Positions 18,201 through 27,270 of a DNA stretch of 48,795 bases are shown here, piece by piece. Position numbers and translations under genes: made by a program. This DNA is from an uncultured Cryptobacterium sp. (GTDB lineage: Bacteria > Actinomycetota > Coriobacteriia > Coriobacteriales > Eggerthellaceae), in NCBI GenBank assembly GCA_964597085.1, contig CAZQWR010000003.1, positions 1 through 48,795 on the forward strand, read 5' to 3'. Position 1 is the stretch's first letter; each line of letters starts with the position of its first letter. The notes below the pieces were generated by a model. That model did not search any database. It was not told the DNA's origin and was given only the letters and a program-made list of their open reading frames with translations.

Positions 18201-19389
18201 CAACTGCAGCCTCAGCCTGAGCCGGTACTTCAGCAGCCTGCTCAACAGGCTCTTCAGCAGGAGCTTCCTCAATAGGCTCTACCACAGGCTCTTCCTCAAG
18301 CGAAGAGGAAACCATGGTACGAGCAAGCGGGTTCGGGCGCGGCTTTCGCTGTGCCTGAGGCTTAACGGGGCTTTCCTCGAAACGAACGCTCGAAGCAGTT
18401 TCATCCTCGGGCTCAAGCCCGCCGCCCTTAACCAAATGAGCAGAAATATCGGTAACGGGAACCTTGTCTGCAACAGGGCGGCCGGTAAGCGCAGCAATGG
18501 CGGCTTTGGCGGCAGCCAGAGATTCCTGCGAAGTCATTTCAGCGTCGTAGCTCACCTCGGCGCCTTCGGGCACAACGCCGGCAGCAACCGCGGCTTCCTC
18601 ACCATGCACGGTCGTCTGGTTTTCCTGCGCCTGGGCCATAAGCTCTTCCTGGCTTACCAGGCCGTTGCCAACCTTGCGGGCAACGTCAATAAGCACGGCG
18701 GTGCCGGTAGCATTGTTGTTGGCCGACTGGTTGAACGGCGCCACAATGTGCAGAACCGAGCGCACAATGGGAAGCACAAACAAAATTGCGCAGATTACCA
18801 GCAAGAACGAGATAATGGAAGAAATCGCTCCCGTGTCGCCCGAAAAGAACAGGGTGCGAAGCAGCAGCAAGAAAGCGGAAACGCCCAGGGCAATGGCGCT
18901 CGCCTTCTGCAGAATAGGAAGAAGGCCCGCAATGGGAGGCTTTTCTTCTTGCAAAACCTTGCCGCTATCGTAATTGGCAACCAGAATGACCTTGCGGCGG
19001 CGAGTTGCACCACCCGCAGCAGCAGGCTGATACTTCGCCACCACATTCTGGCTGGCACCAACGCAGAACAGCTTAGAAAGCACGGGGCGGCCGAATGCTT
19101 CCATTCCAAACAAAACGGCTGCGGCGATGGCAACCAAAAGCCAAAGCAGGCCCAGGCCAGGAACAATAAGCGAAAGAAGAACAGCAAGCAGGGCGGCGCC
19201 GAAGCATATCAGGCGCGGCAACTGATCGTTGGAAAGGCACTGGAAGTCTTCAACCACTGTGGCGAAGCCAGCGTCTTTCTGCATGCGGTCGGCAATATAT
19301 AAAGCAGCGCGCTGCTCTTCTTCCGTTCCCGCCGGATGAGGGCCAACTTCCTGTGTTAGGTAGTCGACGTCATCGAGTATTTCAGCCAT
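15238..19389 (-). CDS. Membrane-anchored M28 peptidase-fold protein split by a ~1000-aa acidic low-complexity insert; metal ligands degenerate
   Basis: N half GPHPAGTEEE, SQNVVA, ILVANYDS, SANNNATG with TM helices; C half EVWFVALGAEQYG..GM, VVNLEALG, D..ENVD. Confidence 0.75.
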   Translation of the reverse strand: MAEILDDVDYLTQEVGPHPAGTEEEQRAALYIADRMQKDAGFATVVEDFQCLSNDQLPRLICFGAALLAVLLSLIVPGLGLLWLLVAIAAAVLFGMEAFGRPVLSKLFCVGASQNVVAKYQPAAAGGATRRRKVILVANYDSGKVLQEEKPPIAGLLPILQKASAIALGVSAFLLLLRTLFFSGDTGAISSIISFLLVICAILFVLPIVRSVLHIVAPFNQSANNNATGTAVLIDVARKVGNGLVSQEELMAQAQENQTTVHGEEAAVAAGVVPEGAEVSYDAEMTSQESLAAAKAAIAALTGRPVADKVPVTDISAHLVKGGGLEPEDETASSVRFEESPVKPQAQRKPRPNPLARTMVSSSLEEEPVVEPIEEAPAEEPVEQAAEVPAQAEAAVAAPAPEPERPSFERAVPAALTGASGFATSTGSTPSWAKKAQEKARANKPELDAPKKSYRSRYADAPAAQIAAANIAAANLFAASGEAAAGDESELSARLQAMREEIAAAEAPKFTAEPAAQEEAAAAEPSEPAVASAPAPVAAEPATAASAASAPAAPHPVVSEAADSVAQPAAVSEAPAKVEELVSRETAAAPARSIDKEAIAEVTKRASSRAEAPKKPTPRVAPHRAHKIHGIAADLHAAREAEREAFDVHEENEAKAVAEKESTKPEPQPVSKPEAETNSAAEVESERETATQTAPMDVVNEETVAAAATGEMPVTEATNPIDSYVEQAVSDAEPEMDAVEEEPEVPRRRSVSDAAGFARSFASRLKSITSHKPAFLQRHEEPEQPQDEYYSEEEYVEEQYAPVDNYLSEEEYVEDEFFDEGEERYDDDEQVQEAPAAGMTAAMAPIDVSQFMDQEEFEEDEQPIRHLDEVAERVAVSYDDEYAADSAGCVPTAEEQGYYNDSYAYDYENANFLPEEDEADDFSAAEPATASPILGMENMVPAIEPSEAKQQGPARQVIVLPDVVATHAPAGEETRQRAPMADTNVNSQAGSRALLSNMLPSIGNTGAFPAQSAPSLDLPSLGDAAANQAVSTTGSFSTVGGTGAFAPVTDELVSDLPPEEVYVDDADDSAYDEEYTETGAFAGPGYVEMPKSRAGRLFGKFRKNKKSKQPEVSVNEWVNVDENYNARSVGKARGDWSSFREEEENYQQSGDFVDVDYNDNGNGRGWNGGAFSLDRLRKGLKRDGSATEEPVADEAMPAEAFDEGYVDENPALRIDGDSATAAQINSELRKLQDFRHPDINTEVWFVALGAEQYGHSGMNAFLNEHADELRGAIVVNLEALGAGTLSCIEQEGAYQPRKISSRLKRVLRQAGEKSGVRFNMDTIASRETPAGVAMAHGVQAITIAGMADGNTALYSADNDIIENVDPKALEDASNFVMAMLKSI
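15406..15421. promoter_or_regulatory. parS-like site inside the M28-fold gene
   Basis: CGTTTCACGTGAAGCA, 2 mismatches to TGTTTCACGTGAAACA. Confidence 0.5.
17632..17647. promoter_or_regulatory. parS-like site inside the M28-fold gene
   Basis: GGTTTCACGAGAAACA, 2 mismatches; encodes VSRET. Confidence 0.5.
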
Positions 19390-19629
19390 GGAGAGCCCCT
19401 TTGTTTCCACGCGTATGTAAGTCATGTGCGATTACATGGATATAAACGCTATAAGTATAAGGCATTTGAGTACCACGGGCCGCCGTTCAACAGGTTGTTC
19501 ACCTTTGCATACTTGCGCATCGGGGCGTTTTTCACACAATATGCGAATTCGCCCTCCCAGCAGCAATTGCAGAGAAGGCGAATGTTCGCTGTGAAACATA
19601 TGCGGTAGCTCAAAACAAAAGCGTGGCCG

Positions 19630-21030
19630 CTAATTTTCGTTCAGATACTCGCGAAGATAGGCATCATTCGAAGCAGCAGTAGAGCGAAGGCTGTCGTATT
19701 GCTGCGTCACCTGCGCCGATGCCGTCGAATACGCATCAATGACAGGCTGGGCAAAGTTCTTGGGCAGCTGCCCAGCCAGTGCAACGGCCTCTTGGTCGGC
19801 CTGGTTGTAGGCGTCGTTGTGCGATTCCGCCGTAGCCTTGTCCTGAATCAGAATGGCCGCATTGGAAAGCAACGCCTCGCTCGCTGCCTGCTGGCGCTTT
19901 TCGATATAAGACGTGGCAGTGCTGTAGTCCACCGAAGAGTAATAGCTTTTCGCAGTTTCAATGCATTGCGTTGCCTGGGTAAACTGCAGCTGCGAAGCGG
20001 TGGTGTATTCCGTCGACTTGGCCACGTTTTCGTTGGTGGTATCCGAAATCACGTTTGCGGCCTTCAGCAGCAAGGCGTTTCCTTCTTGAATATGCGCCCA
20101 TGCCTCGTTCATGGCATCAATGGCCTTTTTGGCGGGAATATCCAGCTCGATTCGCTGCGACGAAAGCTCTAGCAGCTGCTTTCGCGAAGAAATGGCGTTA
20201 AGCGTGCGCTCGGCGGCCTCCTTGTCGCGCTGCGAACCCTCCAGTTCATCCTTCGCCTTTTCGGCGTAAATACGGGCATCTTCCAGCTTTTCCTTAGCAG
20301 CAGGAATCTTGTCGGAAAGATCTTGCGCCGTTTGAATGGTGCTGTCGTTGAAACTAGTTTGGAAATACGAGTCCAAAGCAACCGTGGTTTCATCACTTTG
20401 CTCAATAAGACCGCAAGCTTCGCGCAGCACACCAATGCTGGTGCTCAGGCGCTCATAGTTCTTATAGGCAAAATACCCGGCAACCGCAGCGGCAGCCAAA
20501 CACAGGGCAATCACCACGGCAATCACAGCACGCCGCGCTTTGCGTCTACGATGCTGGCGCTTTAATATCTCAGCTTGCGATTCGGGGCCTAAGAATTGAG
20601 GTTTTGCCTGTTCAGAGGCAGAAACTTTTGGTGCTGCATGTGCACGCTTCCCCTTTTTGTCAGCATGCTTCTCGGCCGAAGGCTTCAGCTTCTCTGCATG
20701 CTTTTTCGCCAATGGCTTTTTCTTGGCAGGCTTCAACTCGCTCGAATCGGAAAGCTCGGAGTTAGGCGCAGGCACCGAAGATTCAGTCTTACGCAGAGAG
20801 CTGGCACGCTCGCTTTTGCGCTGGGAAGAAGAAACCTCTTTGGCATCTTCTCGGAAACGGAACAGCCGCCAAGACGAACGGCTATTCCCCTCGTCTTGCT
20901 CTTCGGAAAGTTGCTCAAGCACGTTAAGGGAAATCTCGTTGGGCTTACCCTGCGAAAATTCCTTCAGGTGCAGAAACTGCTTTTCCCTCTTACCAAGCTG
21001 GCCGCCAAATGTGCGCTTTTTCTTAGCCAT
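19630..21030 (-). CDS. Hypothetical single-pass membrane protein (basic disordered N-terminus, helical ectodomain)
   Basis: K/S-rich N-terminus, RRRKARR then TM helix, Ala-rich helical C-terminal region; starts 5 nt after dinG stop. Confidence 0.8.
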   Translation of the reverse strand: MAKKKRTFGGQLGKREKQFLHLKEFSQGKPNEISLNVLEQLSEEQDEGNSRSSWRLFRFREDAKEVSSSQRKSERASSLRKTESSVPAPNSELSDSSELKPAKKKPLAKKHAEKLKPSAEKHADKKGKRAHAAPKVSASEQAKPQFLGPESQAEILKRQHRRRKARRAVIAVVIALCLAAAAVAGYFAYKNYERLSTSIGVLREACGLIEQSDETTVALDSYFQTSFNDSTIQTAQDLSDKIPAAKEKLEDARIYAEKAKDELEGSQRDKEAAERTLNAISSRKQLLELSSQRIELDIPAKKAIDAMNEAWAHIQEGNALLLKAANVISDTTNENVAKSTEYTTASQLQFTQATQCIETAKSYYSSVDYSTATSYIEKRQQAASEALLSNAAILIQDKATAESHNDAYNQADQEAVALAGQLPKNFAQPVIDAYSTASAQVTQQYDSLRSTAASNDAYLREYLNEN

Positions 21031-21035
21031 ATGCG

Positions 21036-24000
21036 CTAGTTGCCCTTCGCAATTCGCTCGATACGAGCCGCCTCAGCAACTTCGGCAACAATATCATCGC
21101 AGGTCATCATGGCAATATTCTTGCTCGGCAAGGAATTCAGGAATTTCTTGCCGTAATATTTGGTAATTAGGCGCTTATCAGCCAAAACCACAATGCCCTT
21201 GTCGGTAGACTTGCGAATCAAGCGGCCTACTGCCTGCTTAACCTCAATAACCGCCTGCGGCAACGAATAATGCGCCCAAGCGCGATCATCGCGCTGCTGG
21301 CGTTCACACGAAAGAGGGTCGGTAGGCAACCCAAAAGGCAACTTCGGAATTATCACGCCCTTCAGCGTAGAACCGGGCGCATCGAACCCTTCCCAGAAGC
21401 TTTTCAGGGCAAATAGGCTCAAATGCTCATCTTTCAAGAAGTCGTCGCGCAGGCCCTTAACCGAAACGCCCCATTTCTGGCACACCAAGCGTAAATCCTC
21501 GTTCTTCAAAGTAGGTTGAACCTCTTCGAAGCAGTGCTCCATTTCGCGGCGGTTGGTGAACAGTGTAAGCAGCGATCCTTCGCGGGCAATGTGCAACTGC
21601 GCCAAAAATTCCTGCAATGCAGGCAAATAGCCCGCCTCTGAAGGCTCGGGCATGTCAGTGGGCACATATACGCGCATGTTGGCATCGAAGTCGAAGCTCG
21701 AGTCAACCTTCAAAACGTCAGCCTGCGAATCATCGCCCTCGTTCAACCCCATAGCTCGCTCAAACGAGTCGAATTGCCCGTCTACGGCTAGCGTGGCAGA
21801 AGCGTAAATAACGCTCCGCGAATCGGCATACAGCGATTCACCCAAAGAAACCCCCAGGTCAAGAGGTTGCACGGTAAACACTTCATCAAGCTTGCCCCTG
21901 GTACGGTTCATGCGGACCGAATATACATAGTTATCGTTTTCTTGGAAGAACATAGCTTCCAGGCCCTCGTAAAGCTCGCGAAGTTCCAAAGCAGCTAGGG
22001 CAAGCTCGCGCTGAGCGCTGGAGTTATCTTCCATCTGCTCCGCATACGCCACAACGTCGCGCATGGAGCGGATAAGCTTCTCGAGCGTTTCATACAGCGC
22101 TTTCGCACGATTAACTACGGCACGGTAGGTATTGCCCCGACGAACATCCTCGTTTAACCAAAGGTCGAAATATTCATACCCATTGCGGCGCTGTTTCGGA
22201 TCGAGCACAAGCAAATCCTTGTTGCCCAGGCAGAATTCCTCTGCAGCAACAGCGAATGCACCCGCGCAGGTTTGTGCTTTCGCAATAAGCGATTCGTACA
22301 AGCGCATACCCTCTTCTGGTGCTTGAGCACTGCGCGAAACACGGGTAATAACATTCTGAACTGCGCTTTCAGAACTTACTCGATGCACAAGGCTTTGAAT
22401 AGCGCTCGAAGAAACGCTAAGTGCCAAGGCACGACGGGCCTCCGCTTCAGCGCCATGGGCCTCGTCAACCGCCCAATAGCGCACCGGGGGCAGCAAACCG
22501 CCATCAAAACGCACATCCCAGAACAGCAAGCTATGGTTGGTAACCACCACATCGCAGCGCTGAGCTTCTTCACGCGCCCCATGAACAAAGCAGCTGCGCC
22601 CGAAGAAGGGACACTTGCGGCGCAAGCACTCGGTGCTCTTTGTGGTAATGCGCCAACGTGGAATAGCTCGATAGTCAATCTTTAGCGTATCGATGTCATC
22701 GTAGTCGCTCTGTTCTACAAACGAAAGCAGGCCAGCCAACGCGGGAGCCTGGTTAATCTGCTGCTTCTTGTAAGTAATGATGCTGGCACCTTGGCGATCA
22801 AGGGCATCAACCTTGCGTAGGCAGGGGTAATGGGTAAAGCCCTTCAAAGGCGCATAGGTTATTCCCAATGCGCTGGAAAGAAGCGGGAGCTCTTTGTTCA
22901 CCAGCTGGTCCAGCAGTGCGTTGGTTTTGGTTGCAACACCAACGGTAATAGCGTTCTTCTGCGCCGCGTAAGCAAGCGGTACCAAATACGCCATAGATTT
23001 ACCAACGCCCGTACCGGCCTCAACGGCAAGATTGCGGCCTTGCGAAAGCGCATGGTTCACAGCCAATGCCATCTCGCGCTGTTCAGCGCGCGGCTCGTAG
23101 TCAACATACAGGCTATCTAGCAAACCGTCTTCCGAAAAAGCGGCAGAAATCTCTTCATCAGATGCAAATTCGAGCGGTTTACCTGCAGAAACTTCCCAAT
23201 TTTCACCATCATCAGAAAGCAATTCCACCGATGTGGCCGGGGCATTCGCATCAACACGCAATGAAGAAGAGGGTTTCGCAACCGCAGACTTGCGTGATGC
23301 GCGCAAATTATAAGGTTCGCAATCGCCGTTCAGCTTGGCTATTCGACGGAACACCTCAACTGTATTCCAAGATTCCACGTCCGACATCTCGGCAATGTGG
23401 TGAACCAAATCATTGGGCATACAGGCAATTGCCGCCAACAGCACGCGATACACAATGCAAGTGGCAGCAACGTCATCATCGGCGCGATGTGTAGATTCCG
23501 GCCCACCAAAGGCGCGTACCAAATCGAGCAAACGGTGCGAGGTCAAACGAGGCAGGGAAATCTTCGCCAAATCAAGCGAGTCGAACCAAAGGTTCTGCTT
23601 CAAGCTTTCGCCCACAGGATACTTGGTGCAAAAGGTACGATCGAAATTCGCGTTATGGGCGACAACGTCCGAACCACCCACGAACTCAACCAAGCCGCGC
23701 AAAGCAGCTTCAGCATCAGGGGCATCGGCAACATCCTCGTCGCTGATATTGGTAAGGTGCGCAACATCTTCAGGAATGCTTTTACCTGGGTTCACGAAGG
23801 TAATGTACCATCCAGCAATCTGGCCATGCACCATGCGCGCAGCAGCAATCTGAATCAATTCATCATGAGTGAATGAAAGGCCCGTGGTTTCGGTATCTAT
23901 GACCACCACATCTTCATCCAGCACGCCAAAGTCATGCTCCTGGGCATATTTTGCCAGGGAATGATAGCGTTCTCGAATGCGCTCAGATGTGTTATCTACG

Positions 24001-24047
24001 ATGTAAGAATCAAGCCGCTCAAGGGCTTCTGCGTTTTGAGTTTCCAT
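21036..24047 (-). CDS. dinG: DEDDh (DnaQ-like) 3'-5' exonuclease fused to DinG-family Fe-S helicase
   Basis: IDTETTG, AHNANFD, HRADDD; AGTGVGKS, Cys cluster PC...ECLRRKCPFFGRSC, DEAH, SATL, FWEGFD, QAVGRLIR. Confidence 0.92.
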   Translation of the reverse strand: METQNAEALERLDSYIVDNTSERIRERYHSLAKYAQEHDFGVLDEDVVVIDTETTGLSFTHDELIQIAAARMVHGQIAGWYITFVNPGKSIPEDVAHLTNISDEDVADAPDAEAALRGLVEFVGGSDVVAHNANFDRTFCTKYPVGESLKQNLWFDSLDLAKISLPRLTSHRLLDLVRAFGGPESTHRADDDVAATCIVYRVLLAAIACMPNDLVHHIAEMSDVESWNTVEVFRRIAKLNGDCEPYNLRASRKSAVAKPSSSLRVDANAPATSVELLSDDGENWEVSAGKPLEFASDEEISAAFSEDGLLDSLYVDYEPRAEQREMALAVNHALSQGRNLAVEAGTGVGKSMAYLVPLAYAAQKNAITVGVATKTNALLDQLVNKELPLLSSALGITYAPLKGFTHYPCLRKVDALDRQGASIITYKKQQINQAPALAGLLSFVEQSDYDDIDTLKIDYRAIPRWRITTKSTECLRRKCPFFGRSCFVHGAREEAQRCDVVVTNHSLLFWDVRFDGGLLPPVRYWAVDEAHGAEAEARRALALSVSSSAIQSLVHRVSSESAVQNVITRVSRSAQAPEEGMRLYESLIAKAQTCAGAFAVAAEEFCLGNKDLLVLDPKQRRNGYEYFDLWLNEDVRRGNTYRAVVNRAKALYETLEKLIRSMRDVVAYAEQMEDNSSAQRELALAALELRELYEGLEAMFFQENDNYVYSVRMNRTRGKLDEVFTVQPLDLGVSLGESLYADSRSVIYASATLAVDGQFDSFERAMGLNEGDDSQADVLKVDSSFDFDANMRVYVPTDMPEPSEAGYLPALQEFLAQLHIAREGSLLTLFTNRREMEHCFEEVQPTLKNEDLRLVCQKWGVSVKGLRDDFLKDEHLSLFALKSFWEGFDAPGSTLKGVIIPKLPFGLPTDPLSCERQQRDDRAWAHYSLPQAVIEVKQAVGRLIRKSTDKGIVVLADKRLITKYYGKKFLNSLPSKNIAMMTCDDIVAEVAEAARIERIAKGN

Positions 24048-24111
24048 GCACTAAAGACTATCATTTACTGCATTCCCTACGCTATCGCGCACCCTACTTC
24101 TAGGAGAAAAC

Positions 24112-24756
24112 ATGGCCAACATCGGATACTTTTCCACTTACGCTCGCTTCGAAACCGAAAGCAAAGAAGCAGCTGCGGCCTTCCTTGGTGCCGATAACAT
24201 CATCGGCGATGCCTTCACCATCGAAAGCGAATACGTCGATGGAAAGCGAACCGCATATATCGTCAACCCATTCGGTAAGCGAATGGGCTTCGTAAGTGAA
24301 AAAACCGCCGAGCAGGTTGACCTTTGCACTGCAAAGGGGTGGACAACCGTTGCATTGCTCGCTCTGGTTGCCTTCAGCGAAAAACCTGCACCCGGGCTGT
24401 ACTGGGGGCAGGTTCTCATCGTTTCCTACGATCCGCAATACGAAGCCGCCTTCAGCACATTCGTTAGCGGGCTTGGCAAGCAGCTGGGAAACGGCATCCG
24501 GCCCGATGCAAATCTTGGGCGCGAATCCCTGCAGCAGGTTATCGATTCGCAGGGCAACTGGACTCCAACCGGTCGTGTTGCCATGCCTGAAAAGAAAAAG
24601 GGCACAGCATGGGTTAAAACCGAGCGCACTGGAACCGAACGCCTGGTTGAGCAGGCACGCGGCGGCAACATGGGCTGCACCATCGCAAGCTGGATCTTTT
24701 TGTTGGCAGTTGTTGCCCTGATCGTATTCGGCCTACATTCCTGCGGCGTTTTCTAA
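24112..24756 (+). CDS. Hypothetical protein, possible HIRAN-like N-terminal domain, C-terminal TM anchor
   Basis: AGGAG RBS; IGDAFTIESE...AYIVNPFGKRMGFVSEKTA resembles HIRAN; hydrophobic C-terminal helix. Confidence 0.7.
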   Translation: MANIGYFSTYARFETESKEAAAAFLGADNIIGDAFTIESEYVDGKRTAYIVNPFGKRMGFVSEKTAEQVDLCTAKGWTTVALLALVAFSEKPAPGLYWGQVLIVSYDPQYEAAFSTFVSGLGKQLGNGIRPDANLGRESLQQVIDSQGNWTPTGRVAMPEKKKGTAWVKTERTGTERLVEQARGGNMGCTIASWIFLLAVVALIVFGLHSCGVF

Positions 24757-25012
24757 GCGAAGGCAAACATCAAAGCTAGTCACAAAGCAACTGGTACTTG
24801 CCAGTTTACAACCGTGACACCCGTCTGGCTCCCCTAAGACCATATATAGCGTACTCACTAGCGCTACACCAACCGAGTTAACGCCGAATCACAATCGCCA
24901 ACAGAGCAGCAAATGGCGCCCCCCTTCCGTACATCTTCATCCAAGCCAAATGAAGTCGTAAGCATCAACCGCCTACAAAGCCGCAGCAACCAACAAACCA
25001 GCACCTATAAAC

Positions 25013-25049
25013 AGCAGGCCGCTCCATTCTGAGCGGCCTGCTTTCGTTT
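25013..25049. terminator. Hairpin terminator downstream of ddl / convergent gene
   Basis: AGCAGGCCGCTC-cattct-GAGCGGCCTGCT, 12-bp perfect stem. Confidence 0.75.
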
Positions 25050-25069
25050 AGTTGTTACTCTTCGCTAGC

Positions 25070-26014
25070 TTACTTACGCTCAAGAGCGTAGCCAACCAGC
25101 TTCACGCATAGTTCCGGGAAGCTGATGCCAGCAGCACGCGCAGCATCAGGGAGCAGTGAAGTAGAAGTCATGCCGGGAATGGTATTCGTCTCCAAAGCCC
25201 AGAACTCGCCGTTTTCATCTTGCAGCAAATCGGTTCGGGAAACACCGCTGCACTTCAACGCTTTATGCGCAGCAACGGCTATTGCCATAGCCTTTTCCGT
25301 CTCTTCTTCCGAAATAGGAGCTGGACACAAATGCTGTGAACCACCCTGTGCATACTTCGATTCGAAATCATAAAACTCATGCGAGGGCACAATGCGAATC
25401 ACAGGCAGGGCGTAAGCATCTTCATTGCCAAGCACGGCAACGGTGAACTCGGGGCCTTGCACAAAGGTTTCAGCGAACGCGTGGGTATCTACTTCGAATA
25501 CTTTCTTTACAGCAGCTGCAACCTCTTCAACGCCTTCGCACACGTAAACGCCAAGTGCGCTCCCCTGTGTTGCAGCTTTCACCACACAATGCTCACCCAC
25601 CGCATCAACTATGTCCTGTGCAGGTGTTTCTGCTGAAGTGATGGTTAAAGAAGCTGGAGTAAGAATGCCCGCCTGCTGGTAAACCGCCTTGGTTTTCATC
25701 TTATCGATAGCAGTTGCACTCGACCAAACTCCTGGACCGGTATACGGAAGGTCGATGGATTCCAGGAAGCCCTGGATAGTACCGTCTTCGCCATATCTGC
25801 CATGCAATGCAAGGAATGCCACATCAAAATCGCCGGTAACCAAAGCGGCAAGATCCTCTTTCTTGGCAGGATCGAACACTGTAACCGGAAATCCAGCCTC
25901 AACAAGCGCCTCCTTCGACCCTTCGCCAGAAAGCAGCGAAATATCGCGCTCGGCGCTCTTTCCGCCTGCAAGCAGAGCAACTTTAATTTGTTTGGGATCA
26001 AAGGAATAAGACAT
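25070..26014 (-). CDS. ddl: D-alanine--D-alanine ligase
   Basis: GGKSAERDISL, LHGRYGEDGTIQG, GSALGV, FYDFESKY, ETNTIPGMT. Confidence 0.96.
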   Translation of the reverse strand: MSYSFDPKQIKVALLAGGKSAERDISLLSGEGSKEALVEAGFPVTVFDPAKKEDLAALVTGDFDVAFLALHGRYGEDGTIQGFLESIDLPYTGPGVWSSATAIDKMKTKAVYQQAGILTPASLTITSAETPAQDIVDAVGEHCVVKAATQGSALGVYVCEGVEEVAAAVKKVFEVDTHAFAETFVQGPEFTVAVLGNEDAYALPVIRIVPSHEFYDFESKYAQGGSQHLCPAPISEEETEKAMAIAVAAHKALKCSGVSRTDLLQDENGEFWALETNTIPGMTSTSLLPDAARAAGISFPELCVKLVGYALERK

Positions 26015-26071
26015 GCTAACCGCTTCCGATTAATTTGCAGTACTTTAGGCCGCCTTTTAGGGCTGTATGTG

Positions 26072-26080
26072 AGTATAGCA
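26072..26080 (-). promoter_or_regulatory. Extended -10 promoter element for ddl
   Basis: TGC-TATACT on the minus strand about 60 nt upstream of the ATG. Confidence 0.45.
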
Positions 26081-26141
26081 AAGCCCATTAAACCCTAAGC
26101 GTATGCCATACCGCTATCACCTCTTGCGTATAATACTGGCT

Positions 26142-27191
26142 ATGAAAAACGCTATCCAATCATTCAACATCTCAGAAATCCCAGGTATTGTCGCGGAGCT
26201 TGGCCAACCTAAATTCCGTGCAAAACAGCTCATTTCCTGGCTCTACCAAAAGGGCGTGCATTCCTATAGCGAAATGACCAATCTGCCTAAGGCGCTTCGC
26301 TCTCAACTCGAAACCGAATATCCTTTCTTCGAGCCAAAAGTTGTAGACAAGCAAGTATCTTGCGATGGTACACGCAAATACGTATTCCAATTCGCCGACG
26401 GTGCCCGCGTTGAAGCAGTGGGTATCCCCTCTTCTGGCAAAAAGGAACGTAAAAACGAACCAAAGCATCTTACCGTTTGCTTTTCTACCCAAGCGGGTTG
26501 CGCCATGGCATGTGCCTTTTGCGCTACTGGACATGAAGGGCTCACGCGTAATCTTTCTTCTGCAGAAATGATCTGCCAAATCATCGCGGTACAGGAAGAT
26601 TTTGACTGCCGCGTAACCAATCTGGTATCCATGGGTCAAGGCGAACCATTCCAAAACTACGAAGCAACCCTAGATGCCCTCCGATTCGCAAACAGCAAAG
26701 ACGGGCTCGAAATCGGTGCGCGCCATATCACTGTTTCCACATGCGGAATAACCCAGGGAATCGAAAAGCTCGCCAACGAACCAGAACAATTCACTTTGGC
26801 GCTTTCGCTTCACTCCGCAATCCAAGAAACGCGCAACGAGCTTATGCCTCGCTGCAAGAACATCCCGTTGTCTCAGCTCAAACAATGTTTGCTTTCTTAT
26901 GTTGCCAAATCAGGCAGACGCGTCAGCTTGGAGTACTTGCTCATCAAGGGCAAAACCGACACAGAGGAAAACCTTGCTGCGCTCAAAGAATTCTGTGACG
27001 GCTTGCTTTGCCATGTGAACCTCCTCAACGTGAATGAGGTTGAAGGCAGCCCTTACCATCCCACTTCTATCGATACGCAAAACTATTGGGTTCGCGAGCT
27101 GAAATCCTCTGGTAAGGAAGCCACTATCCGCAACTCAAGGGGCTCAGACATCGACGGCGCCTGCGGGCAACTCAAAAACAAGCTCTCATAA
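26142..27191 (+). CDS. rlmN: Radical SAM 23S rRNA A2503/tRNA methyltransferase
   Basis: DGTRKY, CAMACAFC (CxxxCxxC), MGQGEP, SLH, DIDGACGQL. Confidence 0.95.
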   Translation: MKNAIQSFNISEIPGIVAELGQPKFRAKQLISWLYQKGVHSYSEMTNLPKALRSQLETEYPFFEPKVVDKQVSCDGTRKYVFQFADGARVEAVGIPSSGKKERKNEPKHLTVCFSTQAGCAMACAFCATGHEGLTRNLSSAEMICQIIAVQEDFDCRVTNLVSMGQGEPFQNYEATLDALRFANSKDGLEIGARHITVSTCGITQGIEKLANEPEQFTLALSLHSAIQETRNELMPRCKNIPLSQLKQCLLSYVAKSGRRVSLEYLLIKGKTDTEENLAALKEFCDGLLCHVNLLNVNEVEGSPYHPTSIDTQNYWVRELKSSGKEATIRNSRGSDIDGACGQLKNKLS

Positions 27192-27214
27192 TCTAAAAAA
27201 TGCCGAAATCAAAC

Positions 27215-27248
27215 AGAAGGCCCTCTAGCGCTTGCTAGAGGGCCTTCT
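27215..27248. terminator. Hairpin terminator between convergent rlmN and parB
   Basis: AGAAGGCCCTCTAGC/GCTAGAGGGCCTTCT 15-bp perfect stem. Confidence 0.8.
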
Positions 27249-27270
27249 TGCGTTTTAGGGAGTATTTACT

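Noticed and set aside
19583..19598. TGTTCGCTGTGAAACA as another parS
   Set aside because: Four mismatches in the left half-site.
24757..25010. 250-nt A/C-rich intergenic stretch as possible sRNA
   Set aside because: Only short incidental hairpins; no promoter, ORF or recognisable RNA motif.
25340..25380. Ddl FYDFESKY as a D-Ala-D-Lac (vancomycin-resistant) ligase
   Set aside because: The diagnostic omega-loop Tyr (KY) is retained; the Phe is at a different position.
26142..27191. Cfr-type resistance methyltransferase
   Set aside because: Housekeeping chromosomal context with no mobile element; motifs fit RlmN. A tree would be needed to be definitive.
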